Origin: Candidatus Krumholzibacteriota bacterium
GTDB taxonomy: Bacteria > Krumholzibacteriota > Krumholzibacteriia > JAJRXK01
NCBI GenBank assembly: GCA_029262065.1
Contig: JAJDAC010000031.1
Coordinates: 1-64,000 of the forward strand
Direction: 5' to 3'
Length of the DNA: 64,000 nt
The notes under the pieces are model-generated. The model did no database searches. It was not told the DNA's origin and saw nothing but the letters and a program-made list of their open reading frames with translations. Below, piece after piece: positions 43,148-52,669 of this stretch. Position 1 is the stretch's first letter. Each line of letters begins with the position of its first letter. The position numbers were made by a program, and so were the translations under genes.

Positions 43148-43756
43148 ATGAACGAAATCGCTGACAGTCGAGACCTGACCTCGCTGGAAGACGAAGACCT
43201 GATCCGGGTTGCGACGGGAGAGACCGGCCCTCGCGCTCGTCGGGCGTCTTCCGAGCTGTTCGGGCGTTACCAGCGACGCATCTACGTGTGGTGCTTTCGC
43301 ATGGTTCGCGATCACGATCGGGCTCTGGACCTGGCGCAGGACGCTCAGCTGAGCGCCTACCGGGCTCTGGGCCGGTTTCGATACCAATCGCGGTTCTCTT
43401 CTTGGCTGTTCGCAATCGTACGTAATCGATGCCTGGCCGATTTGCGCGCGGTGAGTTTGCTGCGCGACGAGGCGGCCGAGATCGATACCATGGTTCATCC
43501 CGCTCGCGGGATTGACCAGGAGTTGATGGAAGAGGAATCCGCCCAGGAGTTGCTCGATCTGATGGAGCAGGTTCTGGAACCACAGGAGAGGCAAGCGCTG
43601 GCTCTGCGCTGCTTCGAAAAGGTGTCGGTGGATGAAATCACCACCATGTTGCACCTGACCAATTCCACCGGTGCCCGTGGACTGCTGCAGAAGGCGCGCC
43701 GCAAGCTGCGGGCGGCGTTGCAGGAACGGGATCGGGAGGAGGGCACTCATGGATGA
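43148..43756 (+). CDS. ECF sigma factor.
   Basis: ELFGRYQRRIYVWCFRMVRDHDRALDLAQDAQLSAYRAL (region 2) and ALALRCFEKVSVDEITTMLHLTNSTGARGLLQKARRKLR (region 4). Confidence 0.85.
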   Translation: MNEIADSRDLTSLEDEDLIRVATGETGPRARRASSELFGRYQRRIYVWCFRMVRDHDRALDLAQDAQLSAYRALGRFRYQSRFSSWLFAIVRNRCLADLRAVSLLRDEAAEIDTMVHPARGIDQELMEEESAQELLDLMEQVLEPQERQALALRCFEKVSVDEITTMLHLTNSTGARGLLQKARRKLRAALQERDREEGTHG

Positions 43757-44411
43757 TCGCCAGAATCCACAGGAACTAGAACGCGTGGCCGCCATTCTCG
43801 ATCGCGTTGATCGGGGCGAGCCGCTTTCGATCGAAGAAGAAGCATTGGTAGCGGCGTACGCGGGCTTTCTCGATGCGTCGGCGCCGGCCGGGGCCAACGT
43901 TCCCGCCGCCGAGTCGGCCATGGCCGCCGCGCTGCAGCGCGAGCTGGAACGCGAGATCGCCCCGACCTCCGGGGCACCCGCGCAGGTCGAGCCTCGATCC
44001 GGCCCGGGATTTCGTTGGTGGAGCCTGCGCCCGCTTGCTGGGTTTGCCGTGGTGCTCCTGGCTCTGGGCACCGTGTACGTCATGCAGCGTGACGGCGGGC
44101 TTGGAACCAGCGGTGTTCTGCGCGGCCAGGGTGAGGACGCATTCGGTGCGATCGCTGCTCCGGCCTTGTTGGCCGGCGGCGACCGCGAATTTCGTTGGGA
44201 CCCGGTGGCCGGGGCCGATGGTTACGAACTGCGTTTGTACACGCCCAGCATGGAAGAAGTGGGGCGTTACGCGGCCGACGGCTCCGTCGTGCGGCTGTCG
44301 AGTGGGCAGGTCGACGCGATCGACGGCGCGCGAGTGCTCTGGAAGATCGTGGCTTTGCGCGGCGGCCGCGATTGGCAGGTCTCGCGGGTGGCCACGCTCG
44401 AGCTCCGATGA
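43749..44411 (+). CDS. Putative anti-sigma factor / membrane protein cognate to the upstream ECF sigma.
   Basis: The real start is ATG 43749 (MDDRQNPQELERVAAIL), overlapping the sigma stop by 8 nt. It has one TM helix (LAGFAVVLLALGTVYVM) and a periplasmic C-terminal domain. No zinc-finger motif. Confidence 0.5.
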   Translation: MDDRQNPQELERVAAILDRVDRGEPLSIEEEALVAAYAGFLDASAPAGANVPAAESAMAAALQRELEREIAPTSGAPAQVEPRSGPGFRWWSLRPLAGFAVVLLALGTVYVMQRDGGLGTSGVLRGQGEDAFGAIAAPALLAGGDREFRWDPVAGADGYELRLYTPSMEEVGRYAADGSVVRLSSGQVDAIDGARVLWKIVALRGGRDWQVSRVATLELR

Positions 44412-44549
44412 CGCGGGATCGCCAGTCTCTTGTTTTTCCAAGGCCCCTACACTCCAGGGGCCTTTCTTCGGTCGGGGGTTTCCTTGGTTGATCGCAGTGG
44501 GTAGACTTGTGCGGTCTATCCCGCTCCGAGTCCGAAAGGTACACACCGA

Positions 44550-45296
44550 ATGCACAAGCTTGTGTTGGTCCGTCATGGACAAAGCACCTGGAACAAGGAA
44601 AACCGTTTCACCGGCTGGACCGATGTGAACCTGACCGAGCAAGGTGTCGCCGAAGCCACCGCCGGCGGCAAACTCCTACGCGACGAGGGATTCGAGTTCG
44701 ACGTGGCCTACACATCGTTGCTCACGCGAGCCATCCGCACGCTTTGGATCGTGCTTGAACAGATGGATTCGGTCTGGGTGCCCGTGCATCGTGACTGGCG
44801 TCTGAACGAGCGCCACTACGGCGGATTGCAGGGGCTCAACAAGGCCGAGACGGCCGAGAAGCACGGGGCGGACCAGGTCAAGATCTGGCGGCGTAGCTAC
44901 GACATTCCGCCGCCGGCCCTGGAGTTGGACGACGAACGGCACCCCCGCCACGATCGGCGCTACGCATCGCTTGGCGACGACGAGCTGCCGCGCAGCGAGT
45001 GTCTGAAGGATACGGTCGAACGCTTCCTGCCGGCCTGGCACGAGGAGATCGCTCCGGCGATTCGCTCGGGACAACGCGTGCTGTTGGTAGCGCACGGCAA
45101 CAGTCTGCGCGCGCTGGTGAAGTATCTCGACGGAATCTCCGACGAGAAGATCGTTGAACTCAACATTCCTACGGGCATACCGCTGGTGTACGAGCTCGAC
45201 GACGATCTGAAGGCCGTGAGCAGTACCTACCTGGGCGACCCCGAGGCGGCGGCACGCGCGGCCCAGGCCGTGGCTGACCAGGCCAAGCAGAAGTAG
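44550..45296 (+). CDS. gpmA: 2,3-bisphosphoglycerate-dependent phosphoglycerate mutase.
   Basis: [29 protein letters not shown]...[15 protein letters not shown]...[12 protein letters not shown]. Canonical dPGM catalytic residues. Confidence 0.9.
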   Translation: MHKLVLVRHGQSTWNKENRFTGWTDVNLTEQGVAEATAGGKLLRDEGFEFDVAYTSLLTRAIRTLWIVLEQMDSVWVPVHRDWRLNERHYGGLQGLNKAETAEKHGADQVKIWRRSYDIPPPALELDDERHPRHDRRYASLGDDELPRSECLKDTVERFLPAWHEEIAPAIRSGQRVLLVAHGNSLRALVKYLDGISDEKIVELNIPTGIPLVYELDDDLKAVSSTYLGDPEAAARAAQAVADQAKQK

Positions 45297-45326
45297 TAGT
45301 TCGCGCCGGCGCGGTTCGAATTGGCG

Positions 45327-46436
45327 TTAGTACAGGACGTGCAGTTGTATCCGTCCCTCGACGAAGTCGGGCTGTTGTACGTCGATGCCCAGTTCGTTGT
45401 CGTGCACGTTCAGTTCGGCTCGCACGGCCAGGAAGTGGTGCACCAGTGAGTGCACTCCCACCCCGTAGCGACGGCGGGCTCCTGTTTTCAGGTCGATGTC
45501 GGGATCGTGGAAATCGTACGTGGCCAGCACATCGATGCCTCGCACCACGTTTACTGAAAGCTCATGATGCGAGACCAGGCCCGTGACGTCGGTGCCGACG
45601 CTGCGGTCGAAGATTCGCCAATCGGTCTCTCCCACATAGGACACGCGACCCCAGTTCACATACCCGAACACGCCGGTGTCGTAGAGAGTGTCGGCACCCT
45701 GGTCGTTCACGTAGCCGCTGCCGCCCACGGCCCAGCCCAACGGTCCCAACGAGAATCTCTGTGCAATGCGTCCCACGCCGGCCAGGCTGTCGTCGTCGTC
45801 AAACGGGCCGCCGCGACTACCGTTTACCGCGGCAAGCTGGATGGTCGTGCGACCGGGATACAGTCCAAACTCAACGCCCGAATCGGTGTTGGCTGGTGGG
45901 TCCAGCCCCAGGAAGTCGCGCGTGAACGACGTGTGGTCCTCGACCCGCCACCCAAACGCGGGGACGAATCGGCCGACCTTCGCGTAGCCTTGCCAGGGAA
46001 GCCAGTAGGCCTGGACGAACGATTCGGTGGTACCGTTCTGTCCGCGATCGAGGTACAACGAAGTACTCTCGTTCAGTTGGAAGTTGAGGTACACGTCGGC
46101 TTGCATCTGGAAGAAATTCTGTGGATTGGGCGAGTCGGGATCTCCCTGGGTCCACAAAGTGCGCACGTCGGCGCCGACGGTGAGGTTCTTGCCGATCTGG
46201 GGATCGATCCCCTCGAGTTCCTCGAACTCCAGAAAGTTGGCGGCCATTTCCGATGGGAGAAGGAATTGGCTGGCGTATAGCGACCGCATGCCACCGCCCG
46301 TGGGGTTCGTGTGGCACAGATGGCAGTCCTGCTGGTAGCGGGCGGCGTAGCGGGGGTTGGCCCACGCCGGCGACGCGCAGGCAAATACACCGACGATTGC
46401 CATCATGACAAACACGCTGATCACTCGGTTGTTCAT
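45327..46436 (-). CDS. Predicted outer-membrane beta-barrel protein with an N-terminal CXXCH haem-binding motif.
   Basis: The real start is ATG 46436 (MNNRVISVFVMMAIVGVFACASPAWA signal peptide); the track ORF continues to 47282 antisense to serB. CHLCH sits 15 aa after the signal peptide. The remainder shows alternating amphipathic beta-strand composition (Y/W/G/D-rich) ending ...GRIQLHVLY. Confidence 0.55.
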   Translation of the reverse strand: MNNRVISVFVMMAIVGVFACASPAWANPRYAARYQQDCHLCHTNPTGGGMRSLYASQFLLPSEMAANFLEFEELEGIDPQIGKNLTVGADVRTLWTQGDPDSPNPQNFFQMQADVYLNFQLNESTSLYLDRGQNGTTESFVQAYWLPWQGYAKVGRFVPAFGWRVEDHTSFTRDFLGLDPPANTDSGVEFGLYPGRTTIQLAAVNGSRGGPFDDDDSLAGVGRIAQRFSLGPLGWAVGGSGYVNDQGADTLYDTGVFGYVNWGRVSYVGETDWRIFDRSVGTDVTGLVSHHELSVNVVRGIDVLATYDFHDPDIDLKTGARRRYGVGVHSLVHHFLAVRAELNVHDNELGIDVQQPDFVEGRIQLHVLY

Positions 46437-46518
46437 CCTGCTGCTTTTCCGGGTCAGGACAACCGCGCAGTGGAGTGGCGGCAAAATTCCTCCCAAGGGG
46501 GATGGAAGCGGAGAGACG

Positions 46519-47424
46519 ATGAGCATAAATGCCTCGGACGATGGATTCAACTGGGGAACCTCAGGTTCGGCCACCGCTGAGCTTCGCGTGGGTGAATTCC
46601 ACGCCGGACCGCACGAGGTCCAGGGCTGGCTCAACTCGTTCGGGAACGCCGACGTCGAGCGTCTGTCGGCCAATCGGTGGCGCGTGCGGCGCGACCTGGT
46701 GCGCGAACCCCTGCTCGAATTGGCCGTCACCAAGGGCCTGGATCTGCTGCTCTTGCCACCAGATTGGCGGCGACCGGCGCTGGTGGGGTTCGACGGCGAC
46801 GCGACGCTCCTGGCCGGCGAAACCATCGACGAATTGGCGCGCGAGGCTGGCCGCTTCGAGCAGGTCGCGGCCATCACCGCCGACGCCATGGCGGGGAATC
46901 TGGATTTCGAAGCCTCGTTGCGGCGGCGCGTGCGCGAACTCGAGGGTCTGCCGGAATCGGCGCTGGATCGTGTCTTCGAGCGAATCGCGCTCAACCCCGG
47001 CGTCGCCGACGCGCTGCGGGCGCTGCGGGCGGCCGGGGCGTTGGTGTGTGCGCTGAGCGGCGGGTTCCATTTTCTGTTGGACCGGTGGGTCGCGCCGCTG
47101 GATCTGCATTGCGTGGTCGCCAATCGTCTGGAGCGCCGCGCTGGCCAACTGACCGGCCAGTTGGTGGGAGAGGTGATCGATGCCCAGGCAAAGGCCGACG
47201 CCCTGGTGAGCCTGGCCCACGAACACGGATTCGCGCCACGGGCCATCGTGGCCGTCGGGGATGGCTCGAACGACATGCCCATGCTTGCCGCGGCCGCGGT
47301 CGGCGTAGCCTATCAGGCGAAGCCGCGGGTGCTGGAAGTAGCCGACGGCGCGCTCTACGGCGTCTCGATGATGGCGTTGGCCGAATTGCTGCTTGGCGAG
47401 GGAACGCCGGCCGATGAAGGGTAG
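46519..47424 (+). CDS. serB: Phosphoserine phosphatase (HAD family) with an N-terminal regulatory domain.
   Basis: LVGFDGDATLLAGETIDELA (DxDxT motif), ...CALSGGFHFLL..., GDGSNDMPMLAAAAVGVAY (motif IV). ATG 46519 is preceded by GGAG. The track ORF start at 46357 is an antisense extension. Confidence 0.8.
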   Translation: MSINASDDGFNWGTSGSATAELRVGEFHAGPHEVQGWLNSFGNADVERLSANRWRVRRDLVREPLLELAVTKGLDLLLLPPDWRRPALVGFDGDATLLAGETIDELAREAGRFEQVAAITADAMAGNLDFEASLRRRVRELEGLPESALDRVFERIALNPGVADALRALRAAGALVCALSGGFHFLLDRWVAPLDLHCVVANRLERRAGQLTGQLVGEVIDAQAKADALVSLAHEHGFAPRAIVAVGDGSNDMPMLAAAAVGVAYQAKPRVLEVADGALYGVSMMALAELLLGEGTPADEG

Positions 47425-49598
47425 GGCGATACCGTGACCAGCACGTTCTTGAAGGCCGGCGTCTTCGACTGCGGATCCAGCTTGCGCGGCACGAGAACGT
47501 TGGCTTCGGGGTAGTACATGGCGCAACTGCCGCGCGATATATCCACCAGGGCTACCGTCGCATTCATGTGACCAACCGACGAAGACACACGCACGCGGTC
47601 GCCTTCGGCCAGTTTCAGTCGCGTCGCGTCGATCGCCGACATCATGAACACATCGCGCCGCGTGTTACCGCGGTACAGATCCTCCTCGTCGTATACGACG
47701 GTGTTGAATTGCCCTTCCGACCGAATGGTCATCATGCGCAGTTCATCGGCGTCCGGCTGGGTCGCCGGCACGGGGGTCACGTGGAATGACGCGCGGCCGT
47801 CGGCCGTGGCGAACTTCGGCTCATGAAACGTGCGCCCTTCGATATGGAATTCGTTACCGGTGTTGTCCATGTCGCCGATGCGATCGTAGCCCGGTACGAC
47901 CTGCGCCATGACCCGTCGTAGGTGCGCGTGGGAACGCAGCTCGGTCCAATCGAAGCGGTCGGTTGGTAGGATTCGTTCGGCCAGCGAGGCTACGATGTCC
48001 ACTTCCGATCGCATGCCGCCTTCGACGTTGGGAGTGCCTCCCTCGGACAAGCGCACGTAGCTGAACATCGACTCCTGCGTGGTCGACTGGTTTTCTTCAT
48101 CGCGGGCCAGGGCGGGCAGGATGATGGCGGTCTGGCCGCGCCCGTGCAAGTGACCGGGGTTCAACTTGGTGGTGATGCTGACGCTCGTGGGAATGTTGCG
48201 AAGGGCACGGGCCGACCATTCCTGGTCGGGGTTGCTGCCCCACAGATTTCCTCCCAGCAGCACCGCGGCGCGAATGCGCCCTTCCGATGCCGCAACCATG
48301 CTGGCGTACGTATCCTGGCCCGGCGCCGGCGCGATCTTGATGTCGTAGAGCTCCTCGAGCTTTTGCGCGAAGCTGGCCTTGATGGCCGGCGCTACTCCGA
48401 CCGAACCCACTCCCTGCACGTTGCTGTGTCCGCGGATGGGAAGCAGTCCGCAGCCTGGACGTCCGAGCCAGCCACGCGACAGCGCCAGATTCGAGAGGGC
48501 CAGGATGTTGTCGACGCCGTGCTCGTGGTGGGTCATCCCCATGGCCCACATGAAGATGCCGGAGTTGGCGCGCAGTAGCAGCTCGACCACGCGGTCCACC
48601 GCGGCCCGGTCGACGCCGCAAGCCGCGAGCAGTTGGTTCCACGATGCGTTGGTGACGTCCTGGGCGACGACCTCGAAGCCGTTGGTGAACTGCCGAACGT
48701 ACTCGGTCTCCACGCCGCCGCGTTCGATCACGCCCTTGAGCAGTGCCTTCAACAGCGCAATGTCCGAGCCCACCGTGGGTTGCAGGTACTCATCGCTCAC
48801 GGTCGAACCAAAGACCATGCTGCGCGCATCAGATGGAACCTTGAAGCGCGTGAGCCCCAGCTCGCGCAGCGGATTGATCACTACCACCTTGCCGCCGCGG
48901 CGACGCATGTCCACCAGGAAGCGCAGCATCCGCGGGTGGTTGCTGGCGGGGTTGGCACCGATCACCACCGCCAGGTCGGCCCGGTCCAGGTCTTCCAATT
49001 GGATCGAGGCGGTGCCCGATCCGTAGACCTTGGACAAGCCCACGCCCGATGCCTGATGGCAGTAGTAGGAGCAGTTGTGGATGTTGGCCGTGCCGTAGGC
49101 TCGCGCCACCAGTTGCATCAGGAAGGCGGCTTCGTTGCTGGATCGACCCGACGCGTAGAAGAAAGTTTCCCGCGGGGTGCTTTTGCTCAGGGCAGTGCCG
49201 GCGACATCGAGTGCGTCATCCCACGACACGGGGCGCCAATGCGTGTCGCCGGGACCAGCCATGATCGGGAATGTTAGACGTCCCAGTTCTTCCATCCGGG
49301 CCGAACTGAAGTGGGACAGCGCCCGGAGTGAATTGCGCGCGAAGAACTCGTGGTCGATCGTGCCGGCCATGTCTCCCGCCTGCGCCTGCACTGACTTCTT
49401 GCAGACCTCGGGGAACCGCCCGATTTCGTTGACCATACCGCCGGACTGCCCGCCCATGCCGAAGGCGCACGTCTTGCACGTGTTGCGTGAGAAGAGCTTC
49501 TTGGCCAGAGGAATCAGGCCGCCGGCTTCGCGTCCTTTGCGCAGGCTGTATAGCACGGCGGGCCAGCCACCACCGTACGAGACCTTCGGACGCGCCAC
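47355..49598 (-). CDS. ydeP: FdhF/YdeP-family molybdopterin oxidoreductase (formate-dehydrogenase-alpha-like, Cys type).
   Basis: 747 aa. N-terminal Fe-S cysteine cluster CKTCAFGMG...C. Molybdopterin domains (NIHNCSYYCHQASGVGL, VVIGANPASNHP, GVDNILALSNLALSRG). GTG start 49598 with GGGAGG SD. The 3' end overlaps the serB 3' end by 70 nt. Confidence 0.8.
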   Translation of the reverse strand: MARPKVSYGGGWPAVLYSLRKGREAGGLIPLAKKLFSRNTCKTCAFGMGGQSGGMVNEIGRFPEVCKKSVQAQAGDMAGTIDHEFFARNSLRALSHFSSARMEELGRLTFPIMAGPGDTHWRPVSWDDALDVAGTALSKSTPRETFFYASGRSSNEAAFLMQLVARAYGTANIHNCSYYCHQASGVGLSKVYGSGTASIQLEDLDRADLAVVIGANPASNHPRMLRFLVDMRRRGGKVVVINPLRELGLTRFKVPSDARSMVFGSTVSDEYLQPTVGSDIALLKALLKGVIERGGVETEYVRQFTNGFEVVAQDVTNASWNQLLAACGVDRAAVDRVVELLLRANSGIFMWAMGMTHHEHGVDNILALSNLALSRGWLGRPGCGLLPIRGHSNVQGVGSVGVAPAIKASFAQKLEELYDIKIAPAPGQDTYASMVAASEGRIRAAVLLGGNLWGSNPDQEWSARALRNIPTSVSITTKLNPGHLHGRGQTAIILPALARDEENQSTTQESMFSYVRLSEGGTPNVEGGMRSEVDIVASLAERILPTDRFDWTELRSHAHLRRVMAQVVPGYDRIGDMDNTGNEFHIEGRTFHEPKFATADGRASFHVTPVPATQPDADELRMMTIRSEGQFNTVVYDEEDLYRGNTRRDVFMMSAIDATRLKLAEGDRVRVSSSVGHMNATVALVDISRGSCAMYYPEANVLVPRKLDPQSKTPAFKNVLVTVSPYPSSAGVPSPSSNSANAIIETP

Positions 49599-49613
49599 GG
49601 GTGGCCTCCCGGC

Positions 49614-50465
49614 TTACAGATGGTCGAGAACGAGGACTCCCAGCAGCACCGGCAGGTAGATCAGCGTGGTCAGGAAGTAGCGGCGTGCCCAGACCACGTG
49701 GGCTACCGAGCGCAAGCCGTACAACGTGCCCAGCAGAGCCATGGCGGACAGGGCCACCGCCGTGAACGCATACAATTGGCCGCCCAGGTCGAAGTACAGC
49801 GGCAGCGCGGTGGCCACTACCAGACCCACCGTGGTGCCCATCATATGCCAGAGACTGGCGCGGTCGCCGTACTCGAGTGGCAGGATCTTGAAGCCCGCGG
49901 CGCGGTATTCCTCGCGCCGGTAGAGCGAGATGGCGATGAAGTGCGGGATCTGCCACAGGAACAGAATGGCGAACAGGGCCAAAGCCGGCGCCTCGAGGCT
50001 CCCGGTGGAGGCGGTCCAACCCATGACGATCGGTGTCGCGCCGGGAATGGCGCCGACGTACACCGCGGAAACACTGCGGGGTTTCAGCGGGGTGTACACG
50101 CCGACATATAGCACCAGGGCCATCAGGCCCAGCGCGGCGGTCACGGGGTTCACGAGAATGGCCAGGAGCGGTAGCGCGACGATGGCCAGGACACTACCCA
50201 GGATCCAGGCCACCTTGGGTTGAAGGCGCCCCGCGGGCAGGGGCCGCGTGCGCGTGCGGGTCATGCGGCTGTCGGGTCCAACTTCCATGGCCATGTTCAG
50301 CGTGGTGCCGGCGGCGACCACCATGGTTGTCAGCGCGATGGCGATCCAGGCCCGGACCGGGTCGAGCGACCCGGGAGCGAGCAGGATTCCCACGCCGGTG
50401 GTGAAGACCACCAGCATGGCCAGGCGTGGCTTGGTCAGGGCAACGACATCCAAAGCGGTCTGCAC
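49614..50465 (-). CDS. ctaB: Protohaem IX farnesyltransferase (haem O synthase), UbiA family.
   Basis: ALTKPRLAMLVVFTTGVG...NMAMEVGPDSRMTRTRTRPLPAGRL...FLWQIPHFIAISLYRREEYRAAGFKILP is the canonical CyoE/CtaB pattern. Confidence 0.9.
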   Translation of the reverse strand: MQTALDVVALTKPRLAMLVVFTTGVGILLAPGSLDPVRAWIAIALTTMVVAAGTTLNMAMEVGPDSRMTRTRTRPLPAGRLQPKVAWILGSVLAIVALPLLAILVNPVTAALGLMALVLYVGVYTPLKPRSVSAVYVGAIPGATPIVMGWTASTGSLEAPALALFAILFLWQIPHFIAISLYRREEYRAAGFKILPLEYGDRASLWHMMGTTVGLVVATALPLYFDLGGQLYAFTAVALSAMALLGTLYGLRSVAHVVWARRYFLTTLIYLPVLLGVLVLDHL

Positions 50466-50489
50466 AGAGTCTCCAGGGGCAGTGGGAAT

Positions 50490-51467
50490 TCAGCCAGCCG
50501 CCGCGGCGGCTTCGCGAGCGGTCGGCCGTAACGCGGCTGGCTCGACGCGGGCAGAGTATGCCCCAAGCCAGATGCGAATCGCCAGTAGATCCACGAAAAG
50601 CGCGGCGCCCACCGACAGGTGGGCGGTTACCAGAGGCACGCTGAGGAACGTCCAGATGCTCGCCACGCCCAGGGCCACCTGGGCCAGCAGTAGCAGCACG
50701 CTGGTCACCGATAGCACCTGCGCAACCTTGTTCCCCGCGGCCCTGGCGGCGTAGAACACGCGGTGAGCGGTGACCAACACGATGGCCAGCACGAGGGTCG
50801 CGGCGAATCGGTGGGCCATGTGAAGACGCCCGGGACCATCGCCGGGCCAGAGGTCCTTGCTACCCCGATTCAGGTCGAAGCCCATGACAATCGAGTCGGG
50901 GCCCAAGCCCACGGCCGCACCGCTCCCGGTGTGCCGCACGAGCGCGCCCAGGAGCATTTGTGCGTAGACCACGGCCAGGGTCACCGTGACCCACGGCAAC
51001 ACGCGCGCGGCCCACGGTGTGGGCCGGGCCTGGGGGTCAAAGGACGGATGGCTGCGGAACGTAAGGACGATGATCAGCGCGAAAAACGCCATGGACGTCG
51101 CCAGATGGGCCGTGGATACCAGCGTGGGCAGCTTGAACAGCACGGTGATGCCACCCAGGAGGCCCTGGCCCACGACCAGGCCCAGCGCCAACCAGCCCAA
51201 CCGGGCGGCCATCGGATCCCGCTTCCGGGATCGATGTAGCAGCACGGCCAGCCCGATGGTGAGCATACCCACCAACGTGGCCAACAGCCGATGGCTGTGC
51301 TCAATGGCCACGCCGCCGGTCATTTCCGGCATGACCTGGCCAAAGCAAAGAGGCCAATCGGGGCAGGCCAGGCTCGACTCGGTGTTGTGGACCACGCCAC
51401 CCAGCGTGATCAGCCCGAAGATGAGCGCGACCAGGATCAGCCCCAACCGGTGAGCAAGCAGGCTCAC
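50490..51467 (-). CDS. ctaA: Haem A synthase (COX15/CtaA).
   Basis: Polytopic. Conserved His pairs in HRLLATLVG / HLATSMAF and HMAHRFAATLV / TAHLSVGAALF halves. 325 aa. Confidence 0.85.
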   Translation of the reverse strand: MSLLAHRLGLILVALIFGLITLGGVVHNTESSLACPDWPLCFGQVMPEMTGGVAIEHSHRLLATLVGMLTIGLAVLLHRSRKRDPMAARLGWLALGLVVGQGLLGGITVLFKLPTLVSTAHLATSMAFFALIIVLTFRSHPSFDPQARPTPWAARVLPWVTVTLAVVYAQMLLGALVRHTGSGAAVGLGPDSIVMGFDLNRGSKDLWPGDGPGRLHMAHRFAATLVLAIVLVTAHRVFYAARAAGNKVAQVLSVTSVLLLLAQVALGVASIWTFLSVPLVTAHLSVGAALFVDLLAIRIWLGAYSARVEPAALRPTAREAAAAAG

Positions 51468-51799
51468 GGGTACGTGGGGAGCTTGCCCTCTTCTTCCAGC
51501 GCCTCGAGCTCCTCGATCGGCTTGGCCGTTTCCAGCTCGTCGATCTTTTCATCGAGAGTGGGGAAGTTTTCGCACTCGTTGGCGTTGATCTCGGTGTAGT
51601 TGGCCCACTTGTCGGGCACTTCGTCCTCGGGGTAGATCGCGCTTACCGGGCAGGCCGGCACGCAGGCATCGCAGTCGATGCAGGTCTCGGGGTTGATGTA
51701 CACCATGCGCGGGCCCAGGTGGAAGGCTTCCACGGGACAGACTTCAACGCAGTCGGTGTAACGGCAATCCACGCAGTACTGCGTAACGACATAGGTCAT
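51464..51799 (-). CDS. fdxA: 7Fe-type ferredoxin ([3Fe-4S][4Fe-4S], FdxA-like) with an acidic C-terminal extension.
   Basis: CVDCRYTDCVEVCPVEAF ... CIDCDACVPACPVSAIY. Its stop overlaps the ctaA start by 4 nt. Confidence 0.85.
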   Translation of the reverse strand: MTYVVTQYCVDCRYTDCVEVCPVEAFHLGPRMVYINPETCIDCDACVPACPVSAIYPEDEVPDKWANYTEINANECENFPTLDEKIDELETAKPIEELEALEEEGKLPTYP

Positions 51800-51956
51800 T
51801 TTGGAACCATCCTACGGAACGGATCGGGTGGTTGAGCGGCTCTTCAGCCTGCGCGGGCGAGCATCCCCCGCGCGGCCAAAGAGGATAGCATTAGGTCTCT
51901 AACGCTTTCCACGAAATGTGGCAAGGGCCTGGGCGCAGCCCACCTACACCCACGCC

Positions 51957-52382
51957 CTACGCTGGGGCGAACCATTGGTAGAGCATGAAATAGATGAGGA
52001 CGCCCGTGACTGATACGTACAGCCAGATCGGGAGCGTGACACGCGCCCATTTCCGGTGCCTATCGAACCGTTGGCGTCGTGCCATGGTGACGGTGGTCAC
52101 GACCAGCGGGACCGTGATCGCGGCCAATATGGTGTGGCTGACCAGGATCGTGAAATAGACGGTTCGCATGGCTCCGGTGCCGGTGAACTTCGTGGAGCCA
52201 TGCAGGGCGTGGTAGGTCAGGTAGCTGACGAGGAAGGCCACGGACACCGACAGCGCCGCGACCATGAAATTGCGATGTTCCCGTTTCCGCTGGGCGCGGA
52301 TGGCTCGCCATCCCAGCAGAACCAGGACCCCGGACGTGGCGTTGAGCGCGGCGTTGAGGGCCGGCAGATTGGTGGTATCCAC
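51957..52382 (-). CDS. DUF420 membrane protein (commonly linked to haem-copper oxidase operons).
   Basis: 141 aa with 4 TM helices. Blocks VLVLLGWRAIRAQRKREHRNFMVAALSVSVAFLVSYLTYH and TVYFTILVSHTILAA match the DUF420 pattern. Confidence 0.7.
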   Translation of the reverse strand: MDTTNLPALNAALNATSGVLVLLGWRAIRAQRKREHRNFMVAALSVSVAFLVSYLTYHALHGSTKFTGTGAMRTVYFTILVSHTILAAITVPLVVTTVTMARRQRFDRHRKWARVTLPIWLYVSVTGVLIYFMLYQWFAPA

Positions 52383-52655
52383 TCAGCGAGCGACGACTTC
52401 GGCCATCAGCAACGCCGCGTAGGCGGCGGCGATGATCGGCAGTATGGCGACGAACTTGAGCCATCCGTATTCGGACTTCAAGTGCATGAACCACCAGCCC
52501 ACCGCGCCGGCCTTGGCCACGGCCAAGGCGACCAGGGTGGCCCATTTGGCCGTTCCATCGAAGGCGATGGCCGCCCAGATTTCGATGCCCGTAAGTACCG
52601 CCAGGGCGATCCATACCAGCAAGTACGGCTTGGTCGAATGACTCTGTTCGGACAT
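52383..52655 (-). CDS. Cytochrome c oxidase subunit IV (bacterial COX4_pro family).
   Basis: Two TM helices (YLLVWIALAVLTGIEIW; LVALAVAKAGAVGWWFMHL). Preferred ATG 52655 is preceded by GGGAGGA. The track uses GTG 52670. Confidence 0.65.
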   Translation of the reverse strand: MSEQSHSTKPYLLVWIALAVLTGIEIWAAIAFDGTAKWATLVALAVAKAGAVGWWFMHLKSEYGWLKFVAILPIIAAAYAALLMAEVVAR

Positions 52656-52669
52656 GGCGGATCCTCCCA

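Noticed and set aside
45298-45326. GC palindrome CGCGCCGGCGCG between the convergent gpmA and OMP gene ends as a bidirectional terminator.
   Set aside because: The perfect palindrome has no loop and would form at most a 4-bp stem. It is too weak to call a terminator and is not listed as a feature.
46437-47282. Upstream 282 codons of the 651-aa minus-strand track ORF 45327..47282.
   Set aside because: It is antisense to serB and has a Ser/Arg/Ala-rich mirror composition. The OMP signal peptide starts at ATG 46436.
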